DNA from: Candidatus Poribacteria bacterium
GTDB lineage: Bacteria; Poribacteria; WGA-4E; WGA-3G
Direction: 5' to 3'
Length of the DNA: 64,000 nt
NCBI GenBank assembly: GCA_963665235.2
Contig: CAXXLX010000001.1
Location: 2,816,001-2,880,000, forward strand
Shown here: positions 57,914 to 64,000 of the stretch, piece by piece
Numbering within the stretch: the first letter of the stretch is position 1
Layout: every line of letters starts with the position of its first letter
Program-made: the position numbers and the translations under genes
Notes under the pieces: generated by a model
What the model was told of the DNA's origin: nothing
Seen by the model: only the letters and a program-made list of their open reading frames with translations
Databases searched by the model: none

Positions 57914-59890
57914 CTAAGGTTCAAGGTCCCATATCAGAATAGTGCCATCATGACTTCCACTAACGATGGTGTTCCCATCTGGACTAAACGCCACACTATT
58001 GACCCGCTCCGTATGTCCTGTGAGTGTTTTGATAAGCTGTCCTGTTGTAGTGTTCCATAGCCGAATAGTTTTGTCCCTACCCCCACTAACGATGGTGTTT
58101 CCATCCGGACTGAACGACACGCTATTGACCCAACTCATATCTCCTGTGAGTTTTCTGATAAGTTGCCCGGTGCTTGTGTGCCATAGATGAATAGTCCTGT
58201 CCAAACCCCCACTAACAAGTATACGACCATCCGGAGTAAAAAAGGACACGCTATTGACATTACCCGTATGTTCATAGAGTGTTCTGATAATTTTTCCTGT
58301 TTTTGTGTTCCATAGCCGAATAGTTTTATCCCTACTTCCACTAACGATAGTGTTTCCATCTGGACTAAACGACACGCTAGTGACCCGCTCCGTATGTTCA
58401 TAGAGTGTTCTGATAAGCTGCCCGGTGTTTGTCTCCCATAGACGAATAGTGCCGTCCCCACCGCCACTAACGATAGTGTTTCCATCTGGACTAAACGACA
58501 CGCTATAGACCCGCTTCGTATGCCCTATGAGTGTTCTGATAAGCTGCCCGGTGTTTGTCTCCCATAGACGAATGTCCGCACTGCCACTAACGATGGTATT
58601 CCCATCTGGACTAAACGACACGGTACTGACCGGATACTTATGTCCTGTAAGCACTCTGATAAGTTGCCTTGTGCTTGTGTTCCATAGGCGAATAGTTCTA
58701 TCCCCATTTCCACTAACAATTGTGTTCCCATCTGGACTAAACGACACGCTATTGACAAAATCCCCATGTCCTATGGGTTTTCTGATAAGTTGCCCTGTCC
58801 TACTGTCCCATAGTCGAATAGTATCGTCCGAACTCCTGCTAACGATGGTGTTACCATCCGGACTAAACGACACACTATAGACCCGCTTCGTATGTCCTGT
58901 GAGTGTTCTGATAAGCTGCCCAGTGTTTTTGTTCCATAGGCGAATAGTTTTGTCATCACTTCCACTAATGATTGTGTTCCCATCTGGACTAAACGACACG
59001 CTATTGACAAAATCCGTATGTCCCGTGAGTGTTCTGATAAGCTGCCCGGTGTTTTTGTTCCATAGATGAATAGTTTTGTCATCACTTCCACTAATGATTG
59101 TGTTCCCATCTGGACTAAACGACACGCTATTGACAAAATCCCCATGTCCCGTGAGTGTTCTGATAAGCTGCCCTGTCCTACTATTCCATAGATGAATAGT
59201 CCCATCATGATTTCCACTAACGACGTTGTTCCCATCCGGACTAAACGACATCCTTTTGACCCGACCTGTATGTTCAGTGAGTGTTCTGATAAGTTGCCCA
59301 GTGTTTGTATTCCATAGACGAATAGTTTTGTCATGACTCCCACTAACTACAGTGTTCCCATCTGGACTAAACGCCACACTATGAACTGTATCCGTATGTC
59401 CGGTAAGTGTTTTGATATTTTTTCCAGTGTTTGTATTCCATAACCGAATAGTATGGTCCCAATTCCCACTAACTATGGTGTTGCCATCTGGACTAAACGA
59501 CACGCTATAGACCCAACCCGTATGTCCTGTGAGTGTTCTGATAAGCTGCCCAGTGTTTGTATTCCATAGACGAATAGTATCGTCATCACTCCCACTAGCA
59601 AGCATGCGACTATCCGGACTAAACGCCACGCTATTGACCACATCCGTATGTCCCGTGAATAGGTTGATTTCTTCCCCTGTCTTTGCATTGTAAATCCAAA
59701 TCCCGATACTACTTCCAACGGCCAGGCGTGTTCCATCTGGTGAAAACTTTATCTCACTTATACGACCTTCACCAAGCCGTGCTTTCGCGCCTTCCGGTAA
59801 GTTCAGTTGTGTGTAGTCTATAGCAAAAGTGTTTGGGGCAACGGTTAGAAGCACGAACAAAATCGTTAGCATAAAGACACTGTTTTTCAT
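57914..59890 (-). CDS. Secreted WD40 repeat protein (about 14 repeats)
   Basis: Signal peptide, LPEGAKARLG, GH...V.SVSFSPDG.TIVSGS.D.TIRLW repeats. Confidence 0.93.
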   Translation of the reverse strand: MKNSVFMLTILFVLLTVAPNTFAIDYTQLNLPEGAKARLGEGRISEIKFSPDGTRLAVGSSIGIWIYNAKTGEEINLFTGHTDVVNSVAFSPDSRMLASGSDDDTIRLWNTNTGQLIRTLTGHTGWVYSVSFSPDGNTIVSGNWDHTIRLWNTNTGKNIKTLTGHTDTVHSVAFSPDGNTVVSGSHDKTIRLWNTNTGQLIRTLTEHTGRVKRMSFSPDGNNVVSGNHDGTIHLWNSRTGQLIRTLTGHGDFVNSVSFSPDGNTIISGSDDKTIHLWNKNTGQLIRTLTGHTDFVNSVSFSPDGNTIISGSDDKTIRLWNKNTGQLIRTLTGHTKRVYSVSFSPDGNTIVSRSSDDTIRLWDSRTGQLIRKPIGHGDFVNSVSFSPDGNTIVSGNGDRTIRLWNTSTRQLIRVLTGHKYPVSTVSFSPDGNTIVSGSADIRLWETNTGQLIRTLIGHTKRVYSVSFSPDGNTIVSGGGDGTIRLWETNTGQLIRTLYEHTERVTSVSFSPDGNTIVSGSRDKTIRLWNTKTGKIIRTLYEHTGNVNSVSFFTPDGRILVSGGLDRTIHLWHTSTGQLIRKLTGDMSWVNSVSFSPDGNTIVSGGRDKTIRLWNTTTGQLIKTLTGHTERVNSVAFSPDGNTIVSGSHDGTILIWDLEP

Positions 59891-59932
59891 GAGTTTATCT
59901 CCTTCTGTTTCCTGATGCAATACGCAGTACGG

Positions 59933-61789
59933 CTAAGGTTCAAGGTCCCATATCAGAATAGTGCCATCCCCACTTCCGCTAACGACGGTGTTCCCATACG
60001 GACTAAACAACACGGTATAGACCGAACCCGTATGTCCTGTGTGTGTTGTGATAAGCTGTCCAGTGCTAATGTCCCATAGCCGAATAGTTTTGTCATTACT
60101 CCCACTAACGATAGTGTTTCCATCCGGACTAAACGACACGCTAAAAACCCAATCCGTATGTCCAGTAAGTTCTCTGATGAGTTGCCCTGTGCTTGTGTGC
60201 CATAGCCGAATAGTCCTGTCAAAACCCCCACTAACAAGTATACGACCATCCGGAGTAAAAAAAGACACGCTACTGACCATACCCGTATGTCCTGTGAGTG
60301 TTCTGATAAGTTTTCCTGTTGTGGTGTTCCATAGCCGAATAGTTTTGTCATCACTGCCACTGACAAGCATGCGACCATCCGGGCTAAACGACACGCTATT
60401 GACCTCGTCCGTATGTCTTGTGAATGTTCTGATAATTTTTCCAGTATTTGTGTTCCATAACCAAATAGTTTTGTCCGAACTTCCACTAACGATGGTGTTG
60501 CCATCCGGACTAAACGATACACTTTTGACCTCCCCTATATGTCCCGTGATTTTTCTGATAATTTTTCCAGTGTTCGTATTCCACAGTCGGATAGTCCCGT
60601 CCGAACTTCCACTAACGACGGCGTTTCCATCCGGACTAAACGATACACTTCCGGCCGAATACATATTTCCTGTGATTTTTCTAATAAGTTGTCTTGTTGT
60701 GGTGTCCCATAGGCGAATAGTTTTGTCACCACTCGCGCTAACGATTGTATCTCCAGCCGGACTAAACGATACGCTATAGACCCAACTCGTATGTCCTTTG
60801 ATTTTTCTGATAATTTTTCCAGTATTTGGGTCCCGTAGTCGAATAATATTGTCCCAACCCCCGCTAACGATTGTATCTCCATCCGGACTAAACGACACGG
60901 TACGGACCCACCCCATATCTCCTGTGAGTGTTCTGATAATTTTTCCAGTCCTACTGTCCCATAGATGGATAGTCTTATCCTCACTCCCACTAACGACGGT
61001 GTTTCCATCGGGACTAAACGACACGGTACGGACCGAACCGTTATGTCCCGTGAGTGTTTTTATATTTTTTCCAGTATTTGTGTCCCATAGACGAATGGTA
61101 TGGTCCTGGCCCCCACCAACGACGGTGTTTCCATCGGGACTGAACGACACGCTATAGACCCACCCCATATCTCCTTTGATTTTTCTGATGATTTTTCCAG
61201 TATTTGTGTTCCATAGATGGATAGTCTTATCCTCACTCCCACTAACGACGGTGTTTCCATCGGGACTAAATGACACGGTACGGACCGAACCGTTATGTCC
61301 CGTGAGTGTTTTTATATTTTTTCCAGTATTTGTGTCCCATAGCCGAATAGTGTTGTCCCAACTGCCACTAACGATTGTGTTTCCATCGGGACTAAACGAC
61401 ACGCTAGTGACCCAACTCGTATGTCCCGTGAGTGTTTTTATATTTTTTCCAGTATTTGTGTCCCATAGCCGAATAGTCCTGTCAAAACTCCCACTAGCTA
61501 TGGTGTTTCCATCCGGACTAAACGACACGGTATGGACCGCCCCTGTATGTCCTGTAAATAGGTTGAGTTCTTCTCCTGTCTGGACATCATAAATCCAAAC
61601 TCCGATACTAGTACCGACGGCTAACCGCGTTCTGTCTGGTGAAAACTTTATATCAGTTATATAACCTTTACCGAGCCGTGCTTTCGCGCCTTCCGGTAAG
61701 TTCCATTGTGTGTAGTCTATAGCGAAGGCGTTTAGGACGGCCGTTAGAAGCACAAACAGAATCGTTAGGGGCAAAAACATGGTTTTCAT
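59933..61789 (-). CDS. Secreted WD40 repeat protein, tandem paralog
   Basis: Same architecture and identical C-terminus DGTILIWDLEP; start MKTMF. Confidence 0.93.
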   Translation of the reverse strand: MKTMFLPLTILFVLLTAVLNAFAIDYTQWNLPEGAKARLGKGYITDIKFSPDRTRLAVGTSIGVWIYDVQTGEELNLFTGHTGAVHTVSFSPDGNTIASGSFDRTIRLWDTNTGKNIKTLTGHTSWVTSVSFSPDGNTIVSGSWDNTIRLWDTNTGKNIKTLTGHNGSVRTVSFSPDGNTVVSGSEDKTIHLWNTNTGKIIRKIKGDMGWVYSVSFSPDGNTVVGGGQDHTIRLWDTNTGKNIKTLTGHNGSVRTVSFSPDGNTVVSGSEDKTIHLWDSRTGKIIRTLTGDMGWVRTVSFSPDGDTIVSGGWDNIIRLRDPNTGKIIRKIKGHTSWVYSVSFSPAGDTIVSASGDKTIRLWDTTTRQLIRKITGNMYSAGSVSFSPDGNAVVSGSSDGTIRLWNTNTGKIIRKITGHIGEVKSVSFSPDGNTIVSGSSDKTIWLWNTNTGKIIRTFTRHTDEVNSVSFSPDGRMLVSGSDDKTIRLWNTTTGKLIRTLTGHTGMVSSVSFFTPDGRILVSGGFDRTIRLWHTSTGQLIRELTGHTDWVFSVSFSPDGNTIVSGSNDKTIRLWDISTGQLITTHTGHTGSVYTVLFSPYGNTVVSGSGDGTILIWDLEP

Positions 61790-61910
61790 GAGGTTGTCTC
61801 TTTTTGTTTTCTGATTTGCATCTTTCGTGGCGCGGTAAAGGTGCCTGTTGTGCCAGGGATACAGAATAGGGTCGCAAGCACGGCTCGCTTCTACAGGAAA
61901 AGAGTGGGTT

Positions 61911-62828
61911 TTACTCCAACCCCATCGCCTCAGCAAAAATATCCTCAAGTGAATGTCTAACCTCACGTAGTTGGCGAAGTTGGACACCCGTTTCATACGC
62001 TAACTTAAAGAAGAACGTTCCATCTGTCTGTGCCTGTTCACTTGATGTCACGCGAACGTGTCCATCTGGCCGTAGTTCCGTATCGTAAGGATAACGTTGT
62101 AGTGCGGCAACGTATGCATCCCGGTCCCCCACAATTTTCAGATCGAACGCTTGGCCCTGCTGCGCTTTGAGTGCCTCTATTTCTCCCTGTACCACAAGAC
62201 TGCCGTGCGAAAGGGCAATAACGTCTTGGCAGGCATACTCTACATCGGGCAATAGATGAGAAGATAGGATAACATCAATACCTTTGTCGGTTGCAATGTC
62301 CTTAACGAGCTGGAGCATTTCCTCTCTTCCGCTGGTATCCATGCCGTTCGTTGGTTCGTCAAGCAGCAGCAATTTGGGGTCGTGCGTCAAAGCTTGTGCT
62401 AATTTTACGCGTTGTTTCATGCCAGCCGAGTATCCACTTACCGGGCGGTACCGTTCTTCATCTAATCCGACATAATAAAGCACCTCATGTGCGCGTTGCA
62501 TAGCGTCCCGCGCAGGCATTCCGCAAAGTTCACCCGCGTAGGCGACCAGTTGGACAGCGTTCATCCCTGGAATTAAGCAGTCATCCTCCGGCATATAGCC
62601 TACCTGTTGCCGGATTGCCACTTGATGTGTTTGTACGTTTAGGTCGAACACCTTTGCTGTGCCTCGTGTCGGTTCGACGAAACCGAGGAGCGTCTTAAGC
62701 AGTGTGCTTTTCCCCGCCCCATTGGGACCAAGCAAACCGACAGCACCGCCATGCACCTCTAGCGATAGGTCATCCAGGGCGGCGGTTGTACCAAAAAAGA
62801 GTGAGACGTTTTTTATTTCAATTAGCAT
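61911..62828 (-). CDS. ABC transporter ATP-binding protein
   Basis: GPNGAGKS, YSAGMKQR, LLLDEP. Confidence 0.92.
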   Translation of the reverse strand: MLIEIKNVSLFFGTTAALDDLSLEVHGGAVGLLGPNGAGKSTLLKTLLGFVEPTRGTAKVFDLNVQTHQVAIRQQVGYMPEDDCLIPGMNAVQLVAYAGELCGMPARDAMQRAHEVLYYVGLDEERYRPVSGYSAGMKQRVKLAQALTHDPKLLLLDEPTNGMDTSGREEMLQLVKDIATDKGIDVILSSHLLPDVEYACQDVIALSHGSLVVQGEIEALKAQQGQAFDLKIVGDRDAYVAALQRYPYDTELRPDGHVRVTSSEQAQTDGTFFFKLAYETGVQLRQLREVRHSLEDIFAEAMGLE

Positions 62829-63919
62829 AGCTCTGGATAAATTCGTTTTACGCGTTTCCCTATATTTGTTAAAATTTCGTACGGAATTGTATTGGCTTGG
62901 TCAGCGACTTCATAAATTTTTATCTCGTTATTTCCCTGCTTTCCAATCAGGACAGCTTCATCGCCAACCGAAACGTTATCTGAAAGTGCTAGACGGACCA
63001 CGGTCACATCCATACAGATGCGTCCGATAATGGGGCGGCGTATTCCCCCAATTAACACCTCACCTTTATCGGAGAGGGCGCGCGGGTATCCATCACCGTA
63101 GCCGATTTGTAAACCTGCTATACGTGTCCGCTCCGATGCCTTGTATGTCAAACCGTAGCTCACGCCTTCCCCCGGTTCAATGCAATCTATCCAACCGATA
63201 CGTGCTTTCCATGTAAGGGCAGGTTGCAACTGAATCGGTTTCTCTACCGCGGGATAGATGCCGTATAGACTCAACCCCGGGCGAACTGCATCTAAATGGG
63301 ATTCAGGTATTGCAAGCACTGCTGCGCTGTTCGCCGCATGTGTGAGGGGCATAGTCTTAAAGAGAGGCGAAACGCTGGTAAGCAGAACTGAAAACCGATT
63401 GAGTTGAAGAGAGGCGTAATTTTTATCTATCTCCTGAGCTGTCGCGAGATGCGTAAAAATCCCTTCAATCTCAAGTTGAGGCAGCGTCTGTAAACGCTTG
63501 ATAAACTGCACAGCTTCGGTGTGCCGTACCCCGCTTCGATTCATTCCCGTGTTAATATCAATATGCACCTTTACCTTTCCGACTTCCGCCAATCTTTTCG
63601 CCAGGGGCCAATTGTCAACTGCGGGGGTCAATTCATAAGCGACGATTTCCTCTGCCCACTCTAACAGTGGACTAAATAGGATAAGGATAGGTTTCGTAGT
63701 GCCTGCCTGCCGTAGCGCAATTCCCTCTGCGGTTGTGGCTACTGCGAACATATCGGCAATTGTGTGCAATGCCTCTGCTACACACACAGCACCGTGCCCG
63801 TAAGCATCTGTTTTCACAACAGCGATTAACTGTTTGCCGGTATGCGCCTTTATCGCTTTCGCATTACCTTGAATTGCCTTCAGATCAACCGCTGTATATG
63901 TTTGGATACTCCTGTTCAC
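62822..63919 (-). CDS. alr: Alanine racemase
   Basis: AVVKTDAYGHG (PLP Lys), TGMNR, ANSAA, VRPG, VSYG, GYGDG, GRICMD; probable GTG start at 63919. Confidence 0.96.
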   Translation of the reverse strand: MNRSIQTYTAVDLKAIQGNAKAIKAHTGKQLIAVVKTDAYGHGAVCVAEALHTIADMFAVATTAEGIALRQAGTTKPILILFSPLLEWAEEIVAYELTPAVDNWPLAKRLAEVGKVKVHIDINTGMNRSGVRHTEAVQFIKRLQTLPQLEIEGIFTHLATAQEIDKNYASLQLNRFSVLLTSVSPLFKTMPLTHAANSAAVLAIPESHLDAVRPGLSLYGIYPAVEKPIQLQPALTWKARIGWIDCIEPGEGVSYGLTYKASERTRIAGLQIGYGDGYPRALSDKGEVLIGGIRRPIIGRICMDVTVVRLALSDNVSVGDEAVLIGKQGNNEIKIYEVADQANTIPYEILTNIGKRVKRIYPELC

Positions 63920-64000
63920 ACCTATTTCCTGTCGTGCTAACGTTGTTCGGACAACGTTCCCTCTGCGCCGATTAACATCAGCCGCTGTAACAACCACGCC

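Noticed and set aside
57914-61789. Diversity-generating retroelement acting on the WD40 repeats
   Set aside because: No reverse transcriptase nearby and differences are not adenine-specific
63937-64000. 3' end of an upstream gene (…WLLQRLMLIGAEGTLSEQR*)
   Set aside because: Too short to support a call

Overview
64-kb bacterial window; gene style (LPEGAKARLG-type WD40 proteins, a C-terminal VxPxxKLxxxWGxLK motif, planctomycete-type DUF1501/DUF1549/cytochrome genes, BMC vertex gene) suggests Candidatus Poribacteria or a similar lineage (inference). Contents in order: (1) 1-20033, a ~20-kb minus-strand respiratory super-operon: Rieske, split cytochrome b6/subunit IV, octaheme cytochrome c, two cupredoxin-like proteins, a Nitrospira/anammox-type bd-like subunit with c-type partners, an ABC exporter, an A1-type aa3 oxidase, ctaA and ctaB. 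(2) 20.9-32.8 kb, a DUF1501/DUF1549-1553/PPC/sulfatase cluster. Its first gene appears to read through an in-frame UGA into a GMT-U-GGC heavy-metal-associated domain with a clear SECIS-like hairpin, i.e. a hidden cytochrome c-WD40-selenoHMA protein. (3) 33-40 kb, an AT-richer island: ECF sigma, Cys-rich secreted protein, duplicated membrane cassettes, frameshifted STT3-like oligosaccharyltransferase, decayed IS1595. (4) A YCF48-like lipoprotein, thiO, eutN, a histidine kinase and an atypical NtrC-like regulator, an IsrB OMEGA element with omega-RNA, 5-formyl-THF cyclo-ligase, comEA, pduO, sugar-acid catabolism genes, tandem WD40 genes and alr. No rRNA, tRNA or true CRISPR array was seen. All calls come from reading the sequence; no database searches were run.
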